Positions 46,541 to 56,591 of a DNA stretch of 64,000 bases are shown here, piece after piece (positions within the stretch are counted from its first letter, which is position 1; each line of letters begins with the position of its first letter). This stretch comes from an uncultured Acidobacteriaceae bacterium (lineage in GTDB: Bacteria > Acidobacteriota > Terriglobia > Terriglobales > Acidobacteriaceae), in NCBI GenBank assembly GCA_963708575.1, contig CAVPTB010000003.1, forward strand, positions 44,379 to 108,378. Direction: 5' to 3'. The position numbers and the translations under genes are program-made. The notes under the pieces are model-generated. The model had not been told where the DNA came from. It saw nothing but the letters and a program-made list of their open reading frames with translations, and did not search any database.

Positions 46541-46906
46541 CTATTTTTTGGCTCCGAACATGATGCGATGGCCGTCTGCGGTAACCAGGCCGAATTCCCT
46601 CATGCCCCACGGTTCGTTTCGAATTGCTTTGCAGATCTTGACGCCGGAGGCCACAACCGAGTCGTAAAACGTATCGATCTCGTCGATTTGCAGATAGGCG
46701 AAGTAGGAGTGGTCTCCCAGTTCGCGAGGAGGGATGGCGTCGGGGCACTGCCCGGCCATGATGGTGCATTCGCCCGAGGTGTAGAAGAGCCAGCCAGGGT
46801 CAGGGATGGTATGGACGGTAAAACCTAAAATGTCCCGGTAGAATGCGGCGGAGACTTTCAAATCCGGGACGGCGATCACGAAGCGAGTTGCGGAGATGTT
46901 GGGCAT
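46541..46906 (-). CDS. VOC family (glyoxalase/bleomycin-resistance fold) protein
   Basis: MPNISATRFVIAVPDLKVSAAFYRDILGF... Internal ATG chosen. Confidence 0.8.
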   Translation of the reverse strand: MPNISATRFVIAVPDLKVSAAFYRDILGFTVHTIPDPGWLFYTSGECTIMAGQCPDAIPPRELGDHSYFAYLQIDEIDTFYDSVVASGVKICKAIRNEPWGMREFGLVTADGHRIMFGAKK

Positions 46907-46957
46907 AAGAAATCCAAGGAAGCAGTTGCGGACATTGCCGGGAAGGAATTGCAACCA

Positions 46958-48436
46958 TCAACCGGCTTCTCTTGCGGCTTCTACAGCTTTCAGAACGGCT
47001 TTCGCTTTGTTCACACACTCTTGAAATTCGCTGATTGGATTGGAATCGGCCACGATTCCAGCGCCAGCTTGCAGGTAGGCGCGCTTCCCTTTCATCAGCA
47101 TGGTTCGGATGGCGATGCAGGAGTCGAGATTGCCGGCAAAGTCGGCGTAGAGGACGGAGCCTCCGTAGATGGCGCGGCGGGTGGGTTCGAGATCTTCGAT
47201 GATCTGCATGGCACGAACTTTGGGTGCGCCGGTGAGGGTGCCGGCGGGAAAACACGCAGCGAAGGCGTCGAGCACGTCGAGTTCGGCACGAAGTTTGGAC
47301 TCGAGAGCAGAGACGATGTGCATGACGTGCGAGTAGCGTTCGACGTACATCAAGTTTTGAACCTTGACGGAGCCATATTCACTGACGCGGCCGAGATCGT
47401 TGCGGCCGAGGTCAACCAGCATGACGTGCTCGGCTCGTTCTTTTTCATCAGACAGCATGGATTTTTCGAGTTGCTGATCTTCGGCTTCGCTGGCTCCGCG
47501 CCGGTGGGTTCCTGCGATGGGGCGATACTCCAGTTTCCTTCCTGTAGCCCGAACCAGCATTTCTGGAGAAGATCCGAGAACGTGCGTGTCGCCCATGCGC
47601 AGGAAGTACATGTAGGGCGAGGGATTCACGGTGCGCAAGGAGCGATAGATGTCAAAGGCATCGACCTGCGGAGTGAAATCGAAGCGCTGAGATAGGACGA
47701 CCTGGAAGATGTCTCCGGCGGCAATGTATTCTTTGCAGCGCTCGACGGATTTCGTGAAGCGCTGGCGGCTGGTTCCGGAAGAGATGGGCAGTTTCCCGGG
47801 ATGCGATGCGTTTCGCTTCCATTGCTTGGGGCGCAGGCCGGAAGCCAGCTTCTTTTCGATGGTCTCGATGTCAGCGACGGCGCGGTCATAGGCTCGGCGG
47901 GGTGACTCGAAGGAGACATCGGCTGTCGCGATGATGTGGATCTGGTGGCGGACGTGATCGAAGGCGAGCAGGCGGTCGAAGAACATCAGGACGGCGTCGG
48001 GAAGCTGGAGATCGTCTTTGGCATGATTACCGATCTTCTCTAACGTGCGAACGATGTCGTAGGAGCAATATCCCACGGCGCCGGCGGTGAAGGGCGGAAG
48101 ACCGTCAATATGGGCGGGGCTATGCTGGCGCAGCAATTCTTTCAGAACGTCGAGCAGGCTGGCTTCCCGGGTTTCGCGCTTCCTGCCACGTTGAATCACG
48201 ACGCGATTATTGGACGCCTGAACCTGCATGTAAGGCCTGGCGCCGAGGAACGTGTAGCGTCCAACTTGCTCTCCGCGTTCGACGGATTCGAGGAGAAAGG
48301 CGTAGGGCTCATCGCCGGCAACGGCCAAGAAGGCCGAGACCGGGGTGAGTAGGTCGGCCATCACGGACTTCACGACCGGAATCAGGGTGTGCTGGCGGGA
48401 GAGATGCAGAAACTGCTTGTAATCAGGACGCGTCAT
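46958..48436 (-). CDS. trpE: Anthranilate synthase component I
   Basis: 492 aa. LLESVERGE, chorismate-binding C-terminus GAPKVRAMQIIEDLE, GGSVLY. Confidence 0.95.
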   Translation of the reverse strand: MTRPDYKQFLHLSRQHTLIPVVKSVMADLLTPVSAFLAVAGDEPYAFLLESVERGEQVGRYTFLGARPYMQVQASNNRVVIQRGRKRETREASLLDVLKELLRQHSPAHIDGLPPFTAGAVGYCSYDIVRTLEKIGNHAKDDLQLPDAVLMFFDRLLAFDHVRHQIHIIATADVSFESPRRAYDRAVADIETIEKKLASGLRPKQWKRNASHPGKLPISSGTSRQRFTKSVERCKEYIAAGDIFQVVLSQRFDFTPQVDAFDIYRSLRTVNPSPYMYFLRMGDTHVLGSSPEMLVRATGRKLEYRPIAGTHRRGASEAEDQQLEKSMLSDEKERAEHVMLVDLGRNDLGRVSEYGSVKVQNLMYVERYSHVMHIVSALESKLRAELDVLDAFAACFPAGTLTGAPKVRAMQIIEDLEPTRRAIYGGSVLYADFAGNLDSCIAIRTMLMKGKRAYLQAGAGIVADSNPISEFQECVNKAKAVLKAVEAAREAG

Positions 48437-48667
48437 CTTAGGAGGTCTTGGGGGAAATTATAGGGGAAGCGATGGGCCCCCACTGGAAACAGGGGAATTT
48501 TGGCCTCAGGGAGCATGGAGGTTAACGGGGGATTCTTGGGGCCGCCCGTTGGGGCACGGACTTTTGACCGGGCTTCTTATTACCTTCGTAAGGGGTAGAA
48601 GAATTGACGGGAGGGGCGGGGCAGAAGAAGATGACACTTTGGCCAGCAAAGGTGCCGCTGGAGGCCT

Positions 48668-49513
48668 ATGCGTATCACTTTCTGGGGAGTACGGGGATCG
48701 ACGCCGGCTCCTCAGCCAGAAAACATGCGCTATGGAGGGAATACCTCCTGCGTCGAGGTGCGCCTTGGCGACCAAGTCTTCATTTTTGACTGTGGGACGG
48801 GGCTGCGCGTTCTGGGGCAGGCCTTGCGGCGAGAGTTCCAGGAACAGCCGGTTTCCGCACACATCTTTGTTTCACACTTCCACTGGGACCACATCCAAGG
48901 TCTGCCGTTTTTCGGGCCGCTGTACGACAACCGCAAGAGCGAATTTCAATTTCACTGTTCGAATCGAACCCGCAGTCTGAAGCGCGCACTGGAAGAGCAA
49001 ATGGCTTCGCCCTATTTTCCGGTGGGCTTGACGGAGATGCAGGCCAAACAAAATTTCTACGACCTGGAGCAAGGACGAGTTGATCTGGGCGGGGCCAAGC
49101 TGCAGACGATGTGGCTGAATCATCCGCAGGGATGCATGGGGTTCCGTCTGGAAACGCCGGAAGGCGTTGTCGTGTATGCGACCGATAATGAGCCAGGCGA
49201 TCCGACATTCGATAAGAACGTCCGAACTCTGGCGGCGGGCGCGGATGTGTTGATCTACGACGCGCAGTATCTGCCCGAGGAATATGAAGCGCGGCGGCGA
49301 GGCTGGGGACACAGTCACTGGCGCGAAGCAGTGAACATTGTGATGGAGAGCGGGGCGAAGGAACTGATTCTGTTCCACCACGACCCGGAACATGACGATG
49401 AATGCATCGACAAAGTGGTGAAGGAAGCGCGCAATTACTATCCCAAGGTGCGTGCGGCCGCTGAAGGGATGCAAGTGGAAACCTCCATTCGCCGAGCGGC
49501 GAAAGCGAAGTAA
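48668..49513 (+). CDS. MBL-fold metallo-hydrolase
   Basis: FVSHFHWDHIQG (HxHxDH). Confidence 0.85.
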   Translation: MRITFWGVRGSTPAPQPENMRYGGNTSCVEVRLGDQVFIFDCGTGLRVLGQALRREFQEQPVSAHIFVSHFHWDHIQGLPFFGPLYDNRKSEFQFHCSNRTRSLKRALEEQMASPYFPVGLTEMQAKQNFYDLEQGRVDLGGAKLQTMWLNHPQGCMGFRLETPEGVVVYATDNEPGDPTFDKNVRTLAAGADVLIYDAQYLPEEYEARRRGWGHSHWREAVNIVMESGAKELILFHHDPEHDDECIDKVVKEARNYYPKVRAAAEGMQVETSIRRAAKAK

Positions 49514-49518
49514 CCACC

Positions 49519-49550
49519 GATTGTCACCTGTGGACAATCTTTTTGATTTG
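49519..49550 (+). terminator. Intrinsic terminator after the MBL-fold gene
   Basis: GATTGTC-acctgtg-GACAATC followed by TTTTTGATTTG. Confidence 0.8.
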
Positions 49551-49617
49551 ATTCCTGCATTACAATGAAAAACAGGGTCCGGAATCCTGCGGCTTACATG
49601 TCGAAAGGGGCTCCTGA

Positions 49618-50508
49618 GTGACGCAGATCGCAACGCTGTGGCCACACGTTTCGGTGATTTCGATCATCGACATCGTTTTGGTAGCGGCGATCATCTACGA
49701 GTTCTTCGCCTTGATCAAAGGCACGCGCGCGTCGCTCATGCTAATTGGCGCGGTGGCGCTGGCTCTCGCGTTCTACCTGTCGCGCCTGGGTGACTTTGCC
49801 ACTCTGAATTGGCTCATCAGCACACTCTTGCCATACACGGTTTTTGCGTTGATTGTGGTTTTCGCACCCGAACTGCGCCAGGCTTTGGCGCGGATGGGAC
49901 GGCGGGTGACGCTGAGCCGGTCAAGCGCTTCGGGGGCGGATGCGTATGACGACATCGTTCTCGCGGCCAATCTGTTTTGCCAGAACCAGACGGGCGCTCT
50001 GATCGTGATCGAACGCGAGATTGGATTGCGCACCTACATTGAAAGCGGAGTGCCGCTGGACGCTCATCTTTCATACGATTTGCTGGCGACAGTGTTTCGA
50101 CCAAGCGCTCCGTTGCATGATGGAGCGGTGATTGTGCAGAACGACCGGATTGCCGCAGCAGCATGTTTTCTTCCCTTGTCGATGAATCCGGTGCTCTCGA
50201 CGCAGTTGGGAACCCGGCACCGGGCCGGAATCGGCATCACGGAAGAAACCGATGCCATTGCGGTGATTGTCTCGGAAGAGACGGGCAGCATCAGTCTGGC
50301 GGTGGGCGGCGCGATCGAGCGTGACCTGACGGTAGAGCAGTTACGTGACCGGTTGGGGACGCTGATGCGGCGGTATGTGGCGTCTTCGACGCTGCCTACG
50401 CCGATCAGCAATGGGGAAGGCACGCTGAGCGATCTGGACGATGAGCCACAACGGTCTTCACTATCCCGTCAGACGGACGAGCGCGTCAACCGAGAGATGG
50501 AAAACTAA
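49618..50508 (+). CDS. cdaA: Diadenylate cyclase CdaA
   Basis: Three N-terminal TM helices. DAC motifs LHDGAVIV and GTRHRAGIG. GTG start. Confidence 0.9.
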   Translation: MTQIATLWPHVSVISIIDIVLVAAIIYEFFALIKGTRASLMLIGAVALALAFYLSRLGDFATLNWLISTLLPYTVFALIVVFAPELRQALARMGRRVTLSRSSASGADAYDDIVLAANLFCQNQTGALIVIEREIGLRTYIESGVPLDAHLSYDLLATVFRPSAPLHDGAVIVQNDRIAAAACFLPLSMNPVLSTQLGTRHRAGIGITEETDAIAVIVSEETGSISLAVGGAIERDLTVEQLRDRLGTLMRRYVASSTLPTPISNGEGTLSDLDDEPQRSSLSRQTDERVNREMEN

Positions 50509-50510
50509 CC

Positions 50511-51200
50511 ATGCTCAACTTCCTGCGCCGGTTTTTTCTCCACAATATCTGGCTCAAGCTCATGTCGCTGGGGCTGGCGGTGATTTTGTGGTTTCTGGTG
50601 GCGCGCGACCCGGTGGCGGTAGTCGCTGTCGATGTTCCGATCGAATTCAGCGGCATACCGGATAATCTCGAAATCAGTTCAGAAGTCGTTCCCCGGTCGC
50701 AGATCAGGCTACGCGGCCCCGAGCATGTGATTCGAGGGATGCAAGCGGCGGACGTTTACGCGCAGGTGGATTTGAGTGGTATTCGGCCGGGCGAGAGAGT
50801 TTTCAATCTAACCTCAAACCAGATCCACAAGCCAGCCGAGCTGGAGATTGTGCAGGTCCTGCCCAGCCAATTTCACATCGCGTTCGATCAGCGCGTGACC
50901 CGACAAGTCCCGATTCAGCCCAGGGTCGTGGGTACATTTGCCGACGGGTACCAGGTCGGACAGATTTCAGTGGACCCGGCCACGGTTACGATCAGCGGGC
51001 CCAAGAAGCATGTGGATGCGGTGGAGGCTGCGATCACCGATCCAATCGACATTAGCGGGGTGATGAGCAAGGTAAGTTTTTCACGTCATCCTTACGTTTC
51101 CGACGCACTCATTCAAGTGGCAACTCCGGATCCGGTACGAATCACGGTTATGATGAACAAAGGGTCAGGCACGAATCATGGCGATGGCACCTCAAACTAA
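50511..51200 (+). CDS. cdaR: CdaR / YbbR-like domain protein
   Basis: N-terminal TM and YbbR-type repeats. Positioned between cdaA and glmM. Confidence 0.8.
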   Translation: MLNFLRRFFLHNIWLKLMSLGLAVILWFLVARDPVAVVAVDVPIEFSGIPDNLEISSEVVPRSQIRLRGPEHVIRGMQAADVYAQVDLSGIRPGERVFNLTSNQIHKPAELEIVQVLPSQFHIAFDQRVTRQVPIQPRVVGTFADGYQVGQISVDPATVTISGPKKHVDAVEAAITDPIDISGVMSKVSFSRHPYVSDALIQVATPDPVRITVMMNKGSGTNHGDGTSN

Positions 51201-51201
51201 G

Positions 51202-52578
51202 ATGGCGACCACCAAACGACAATTGTTTGGCACGGACGGGATTCGAGGCGTAGCGGGCGAGTTTCCGTTAACGCAAGAGAGCACGTTCTTAATTGGAAGA
51301 GCTCTGGGACACGATTTGATTCGGACGAATGCGCGGGCGCGGGTAGTGATTGGGCAGGACACGCGAGAATCGAGCGCATGGATCGCGGACCGGGTGGCTC
51401 TGGGATTGGCCTCCTGCGGCTGCGAGGTACATAGCGCGGGGGTGATTACGACTCCCGGGGTCGCTTTTCTAGCACGGTCGCGCGGATATGCCGCCGGGGT
51501 GGTAATTTCCGCTTCGCACAATCCGTGGACCGACAACGGAATCAAAGTGTTTTCAGCGGACGGCTACAAGCTGCCCGATGCGCGAGAACTGGCGATCGAG
51601 AAGGAAATATTCGATCTGCTGCAGCATCCTGCGAATCATCCGGTGCCGCAGAAGAACCCAGCGCCGAGTTTGCCGGGAGAAGCGGTATTGCGGCAGTCCT
51701 ATATTGAGTGGCTGGCCGAGAATGTGAAGACCGACTTGAGCCAACTGCGGGTTCTGGTGGATTGTGCTCATGGCGCGGCCACCGCAGAGGCCCCAGAACT
51801 GTTCCGTGAGTGCGGACTGGCGGCGACGTTTATGCATTCGGCTCCGGATGGTAAGAACATCAATGAGACGTGCGGAGCGCTGCATCCTGAAGTACTGGCG
51901 CGGACGATCAGCGAAAATCCGGGAAAGTACGATTTGGGGATTACGTTTGATGGGGACGCGGACCGCGCGCTGTTCAGTGATGCCGAGGGACGAGTGGTGA
52001 ACGGAGATGCAGTCCTGCTGATGGCGGCACGCGACATGCAAGGGCGAGGAATACTGGCAGGGTCGACGGTGGTGGCGACCACCATGTCGAACATGGGGCT
52101 TGAGATTGCGTTCCGGCACTCCGGGATTCGGATGCTGCGCGCCAACGTGGGCGACAAGTATGTCCTAGAGGAGATGCAGAAGACCGGCGCAGTGCTGGGC
52201 GGAGAGCAATCGGGACACATCATTTTTCGCGATGGAGATGCCACCACCGGCGACGGATTGTTAACGGCCTTGCGGGTGATGGAAGTCATGGCGCGTAGCG
52301 GTGAATCGCTGGGGACGCTGGTCGGCGATTTGAAAGTGCTTCCCCAGCGGATCATCAACGTCGCGGTTCGTGAGAAAAAGCCGTTCGCAGAGGTTAGCGA
52401 GATCCAAAAGGCGATTGATGCGGCGGAACGCGAACTGAATGGCAATGGGCGGGTGGTGGTGCGATATTCGGGAACCGAGGCGTTGGCCCGGGTGATGGTT
52501 GAAGCGGAGTCTGAGGAGAAAATGCGACGGCTCGCCGAGAATATTGCCGGAACCATCAAGAACGCGCTGGGCGCGTAA
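51202..52578 (+). CDS. glmM: Phosphoglucosamine mutase
   Basis: LFGTDGIRG, SASHNPWTDNGIK, GEQSGH. ATG at 51202 chosen. The nominal ATG at 51178 would overlap cdaR. Confidence 0.95.
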   Translation: MATTKRQLFGTDGIRGVAGEFPLTQESTFLIGRALGHDLIRTNARARVVIGQDTRESSAWIADRVALGLASCGCEVHSAGVITTPGVAFLARSRGYAAGVVISASHNPWTDNGIKVFSADGYKLPDARELAIEKEIFDLLQHPANHPVPQKNPAPSLPGEAVLRQSYIEWLAENVKTDLSQLRVLVDCAHGAATAEAPELFRECGLAATFMHSAPDGKNINETCGALHPEVLARTISENPGKYDLGITFDGDADRALFSDAEGRVVNGDAVLLMAARDMQGRGILAGSTVVATTMSNMGLEIAFRHSGIRMLRANVGDKYVLEEMQKTGAVLGGEQSGHIIFRDGDATTGDGLLTALRVMEVMARSGESLGTLVGDLKVLPQRIINVAVREKKPFAEVSEIQKAIDAAERELNGNGRVVVRYSGTEALARVMVEAESEEKMRRLAENIAGTIKNALGA

Positions 52579-52585
52579 GGAATTT

Positions 52586-52768
52586 GTGAATTTTCTGAGC
52601 AGCTTCGCCGCGGTCTGGAATTTACTGCTGCTGTTTGCAGTGGCCGTCGTTTTGGTTTGGTTCTTGTATTGGTTCGGACTTCGCAGGATGATCCGGATGA
52701 GGAAGATTGCCGGAGCTCGGGACCGCAGGCTGTTGCGCGAGGCGGCAGAGCGGCATGGGAATGGGTGA
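52586..52768 (+). CDS. Possible small single-pass membrane protein
   Basis: GTG 4 nt after AAGGA. VNFLSSFAAVWNLLLLFAVAVVLVWFLYWFGLRRMIRMRK... No family recognised. Confidence 0.3.
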   Translation: MNFLSSFAAVWNLLLLFAVAVVLVWFLYWFGLRRMIRMRKIAGARDRRLLREAAERHGNG

Positions 52769-52784
52769 GGGGCGTTTAGCTTGG

Positions 52785-52912
52785 TCTTTCACCTTCCGTG
52801 GTACCCCAAGGCACCCTAATTCGCTTCGTTATCAAGGTTGCCGTTCCCAAGGCGGCGAAAAGCTCAACCACTAAGGGGTCCGAGGGTTGCGCTAAGGACG
52901 CTATAGGGGTTC
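52785..52912 (+). repeat. Family-1 repeat array (degenerate)
   Basis: gtctttcaccttccgtggtaccccaaggcaccctaa ... agctcaaccactaaggggtccgagggttgcgctaaggacgc. Ends about 10 nt from the polA stop. Confidence 0.65.
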
Positions 52913-52922
52913 GCGAAAAGTT

Positions 52923-55739
52923 TTATTCCAGGTCGCGCCAGTTCTGGCCTACCCCGATTTCAACTAACAACGGCACCTTCAGGGGATGAACGTTTTCCAT
53001 CTGATCACGAACCAGCGATTTCATCGCGTCAATTTCTGATTCAGGGACTTCGAAAACGAGTTCGTCGTGAACCTGGAGCGTCATGACGGATTTGAGGTGT
53101 TGTTCGCGAAGGGCTTTGTCGATGCGGATCATGGCGATCTTGATCAGGTCGGCAGCGGTGCCTTGCAGCGGGGTGTTAACGGCAGTGCGTTCGGCGAAAC
53201 CGCGGAGGTTCGAGTTCTTGCTATTGATGTCGGGAATGGGGCGGATGCGGCCAAAGAGGGTTTTTACTTTTTGATCGCGACGTGCTTCTTCGAGCGTCTG
53301 ATCGATGAATTTTCGGACGCCGGCATATTTTTCAAAATAAGCGCTGATGAATTGTTTGGCCTCTCCGGGCTGAATGCCCAGATTCTGGGAAAGGCCGAAC
53401 GCCGAGAGTCCGTAGACAATTCCAAAGTTTACGACTTTGGCCTGGCGGCGATGATCGGGAGTTACCATCAGCGGCGGCACACCGAACACTTGTGAGGCGG
53501 TCAGGGTGTGAATGTCATCGCCCCGGCGGTAGGCTTCGACGAGCAGGGGGTCTTCGGAGAAGTGCGCCAGCAGGCGCAACTCAATCTGCGAGTAATCGGC
53601 AGCGAGCAGGACGTGGCCAGGATCAGCGGTAAAGGCGGCGCGAATTTCGCGGCCGAGTTCGGTGCGAATCGGAATATTTTGCAGATTGGGATTGGTGGAA
53701 GACAGGCGTCCGGTGGCGGTTCCAGTCTGGCCGAACGTGGTGTGCAGGCGCCCACTGTGCGGGTTCAGAAGAGCAGGTAACGCGTCCACGTAAGTGGACT
53801 TCAGTTTTGTGAGCTGGCGATATTCGAGGACCATTCGCGGAGCCAGATGTTCTTCCGCGAGACTTTCGAGCACGTCGACGGCGGTGGATATGGTTTTTCC
53901 CTTGCCGTACTTGACGGGCTTGGGGAGGTTCAAGCGATTGAAGAGGACATCGCCCAGTTGTTTGGGAGAGCCGATGTTGAACTCGATGCCACAACATTCG
54001 TAAATCTCTTTGGCTTTGGCTGCGATCTCGCCCTCGAGGCGGGAGGACATCTCAGCCAGAGTCTGACGATCAATTCGCACACCGGATTGCTCCATGCGGG
54101 TGAGCACTGGGACGAGCGGCAGATCGATCTCTTCATAGACCTTGAGAAGTCCGGCTTGCTCGACGCTGTGGCGAAGCGCGGCTGCGAGGCGGCCAGTGAT
54201 GTCGGCGGATTCGGCCAAGGACCCACTTAGCTTTAGATTGAAGTGACGGAGGGCGACATCCGGCAAAGCGTGTGAGGAGTAGGTGGGATCGAGCAAGTAC
54301 GAATACAGCATGGGATCGTGCTCGACGCGGGAAAGCAGAATCTCGTGTTGTTTGAGCGCGTGGGCTGCGGCCTTCCAGCCATGGACTGATTTGGGTAGTG
54401 CGGGGTTCGAGAGCACGGCTCGCAAGGCGTCAGAGATTTCACCGGTGTTCGTGACCGCGGAGGTGACGGCAACGCCCGCTTCGGCTGAAATGGCGATGGC
54501 CATCGCCCTTTGAACAGCAGGTTCCTGCGGGGACAGCGGTAGCATTCCGGTTTGAGGTTCGGCGTCGGCTTCTACATCTTCAATCTCTGCTTCCACGAGC
54601 GTGGTGTCAACGGCGACGGCCAGCGGAACGTTCAGGGCGCCTGCCTGGTCAGCAAGTTTCTGAAGATCAGCGGGCGAAGCGGCTTCCGAGTACTGGGTCT
54701 CGCTGACTTCAGTGACCGGGAGGAGCTCTTTCAAGAGCGAAGTGAATTCGAGTTCGGTGAACAAGGCGCGAAGGGTTTCGACGTCGGGAGCGCCGGCCTT
54801 CATGGCGTCCACATCGAGTTCAACCGGCACGTTGCTGTCGATGGTTGCGAGCTGCTTGCTGAGCAGTACGATGTCGCGGTTGTTCAACAGCGACTCACGA
54901 TAGGTTTTCTTTTCTACTTCTTCGGCATGGTCCAATGCGGCTTCGACGGTGCCAAAACGCTTGATCAGCTCGACTGAACCCTTATCGCCGATACCGGGCG
55001 CTCCGGGAATGTTGTCGATGGTATCTCCGCGAAGCGCCATGACGTCGACCACTCGTTCGGGAGGAACTCCCAAAATCTCTTCGACTTTTTGCGGATCGCA
55101 GATCAGGTTGTCTTTGGGTGGATTTAGAACCTGCACGCGATCATTGACCAGCTGCAACATATCTTTGTCGCTGGAGACGACGTAGACGGAGTGTCCCCGA
55201 TCCACAGCTTTTCTTGCGAGAGTACCGATCACGTCGTCGGCTTCAAATCCCGCGAGTTCGAGTATCGGGATGCGATAGGCCTCGAGGGCACGACGGATGT
55301 AGGGCACCTGCTGAACCAGGTCGGCGGGCATTTCGGAGCGAGTGGCCTTGTATCCGTGATAGTCGATTTCCTGGAAGGTCTGGGTTTTTAGATCGAACTT
55401 GCGGACCTTGGTGATGGCTCCGGCCTGCTGGTCACGAAAGGTGGGGGCAGCGACGTCAAATACGGCGGCCAAGTAATGCGGGGAGAAGTCGTCACGAAGC
55501 TTCCGCAACATGTTGACGAAGACATAGGTGGCGGCGGTGGGAAGGCCAGTCTTGGTAGACATTCCGCGCTGGCGAGCCATGGCATGGTACGCACGGAAAA
55601 TGAACGACATGGTGTCGATCAGGAAAATGCGGTCGGACTCGCTCTGCACCCTCTTCGGTTTGGGAACGGGCGTGGGTTTGGGCGTGACGGCCATGGGCTC
55701 GTCAACAGCGACACTCGAGGATTTTCGTTTGGCGGGCAA
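52923..55739 (-). CDS. polA: DNA polymerase I
   Basis: 5-prime nuclease domain, polymerase motifs LLAADYSQIELR, RRQAKVVNFGIVYG, QVHDELVFE. The nominal start is TTG; ATG at 55694 is an alternative. Confidence 0.95.
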   Translation of the reverse strand: MPAKRKSSSVAVDEPMAVTPKPTPVPKPKRVQSESDRIFLIDTMSFIFRAYHAMARQRGMSTKTGLPTAATYVFVNMLRKLRDDFSPHYLAAVFDVAAPTFRDQQAGAITKVRKFDLKTQTFQEIDYHGYKATRSEMPADLVQQVPYIRRALEAYRIPILELAGFEADDVIGTLARKAVDRGHSVYVVSSDKDMLQLVNDRVQVLNPPKDNLICDPQKVEEILGVPPERVVDVMALRGDTIDNIPGAPGIGDKGSVELIKRFGTVEAALDHAEEVEKKTYRESLLNNRDIVLLSKQLATIDSNVPVELDVDAMKAGAPDVETLRALFTELEFTSLLKELLPVTEVSETQYSEAASPADLQKLADQAGALNVPLAVAVDTTLVEAEIEDVEADAEPQTGMLPLSPQEPAVQRAMAIAISAEAGVAVTSAVTNTGEISDALRAVLSNPALPKSVHGWKAAAHALKQHEILLSRVEHDPMLYSYLLDPTYSSHALPDVALRHFNLKLSGSLAESADITGRLAAALRHSVEQAGLLKVYEEIDLPLVPVLTRMEQSGVRIDRQTLAEMSSRLEGEIAAKAKEIYECCGIEFNIGSPKQLGDVLFNRLNLPKPVKYGKGKTISTAVDVLESLAEEHLAPRMVLEYRQLTKLKSTYVDALPALLNPHSGRLHTTFGQTGTATGRLSSTNPNLQNIPIRTELGREIRAAFTADPGHVLLAADYSQIELRLLAHFSEDPLLVEAYRRGDDIHTLTASQVFGVPPLMVTPDHRRQAKVVNFGIVYGLSAFGLSQNLGIQPGEAKQFISAYFEKYAGVRKFIDQTLEEARRDQKVKTLFGRIRPIPDINSKNSNLRGFAERTAVNTPLQGTAADLIKIAMIRIDKALREQHLKSVMTLQVHDELVFEVPESEIDAMKSLVRDQMENVHPLKVPLLVEIGVGQNWRDLE

Positions 55740-55782
55740 CGATCTAGTTTAGCAGTGGAAAGGCCCAGCGGGGCGGAGTGGG

Positions 55783-56517
55783 CTATTCGAAGCTGACAGT
55801 GAAATCGGCGTCGACCACGGCGGCAGTACGAGCGTCGTTGCTGAAGATCAAGTGGTACTCCTGCGCTTCGTCATGGGTGGGCGGCAGAGCGTACCTGACA
55901 TCTGCACGAGGGGCGGGATCTGCGCCGAAGGTGGCGCCGCCTTCCTTGTGAAGCACGTAGTCACTGTATTCCTGGCGGTTCATTAGCAAAAATCCAACCT
56001 GGCCGGGCCGGGAGGTGGAGCTGCCATCTTGGAGAAAGGCACGAAACTTGCCGTGCAATTGCGGATTCATCTGGTGAGAAGGAACCACAAAGGCGAAGTT
56101 GCTGGTCCGTTTCAGCGTGAACCGCTGGTGCAAGAAATGCTGGGCAGCGGGCGTGGGGGTGATGTCGACGTGATCAGACGCTGAAACCTCTTGGGCTTCC
56201 TGGGCCTGCTGTTGTTCGGGGGTTTCGACAGGTTTTTCTTTATGAGCTTTGGCTTCGGCTTCTTTCATCCAGATGGAGAGCGGTCCGACGATGCGCGTGT
56301 AGAGGGAAGTATCTTCGGGAGTCGCGGAGAGGGGCTGAGATTTGTCTTCTTCCTTGGTTTCAGGTGGAGCGGATTGGGCAGGAGCGTGCGAAGCCGGCTG
56401 CTGTGCCTGTGACTGCGTAGGTTTCGGAGGATGATGGCGCGGGGTTCTAAGTTCGAAATAACCAAATGTGAGTAGAAGCGAAGTTGAGACGACCAGAGCG
56501 AGGGACCGCCAAATCAT
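55783..56517 (-). CDS. Membrane-anchored hypothetical protein with a low-complexity Q/P/A/E linker
   Basis: N-terminal TM (LALVVSTSLLLTFGYF). No family recognised. Confidence 0.6.
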   Translation of the reverse strand: MIWRSLALVVSTSLLLTFGYFELRTPRHHPPKPTQSQAQQPASHAPAQSAPPETKEEDKSQPLSATPEDTSLYTRIVGPLSIWMKEAEAKAHKEKPVETPEQQQAQEAQEVSASDHVDITPTPAAQHFLHQRFTLKRTSNFAFVVPSHQMNPQLHGKFRAFLQDGSSTSRPGQVGFLLMNRQEYSDYVLHKEGGATFGADPAPRADVRYALPPTHDEAQEYHLIFSNDARTAAVVDADFTVSFE

Positions 56518-56591
56518 TCGCGACCTCTTAAAGTGGCGTACCTTCTAATTTTTCGCCAACATGGCGACACTCTCAAGTAACCGAGGTCACA

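Noticed and set aside
48437-48667. Trp attenuator / leader peptide upstream of trpE
   Set aside because: There is no short ORF with tandem Trp codons and no terminator/antiterminator pair. Only a TATAAT-like hexamer without a matching -35 element.
48668-49617. MBL-fold hydrolase as a c-di-AMP phosphodiesterase partner of cdaA
   Set aside because: A clean intrinsic terminator (49519-49550) separates it from cdaA. Known c-di-AMP phosphodiesterases use DHH/DHHA1, HD or metallophosphoesterase folds. Adjacency alone is not enough evidence.
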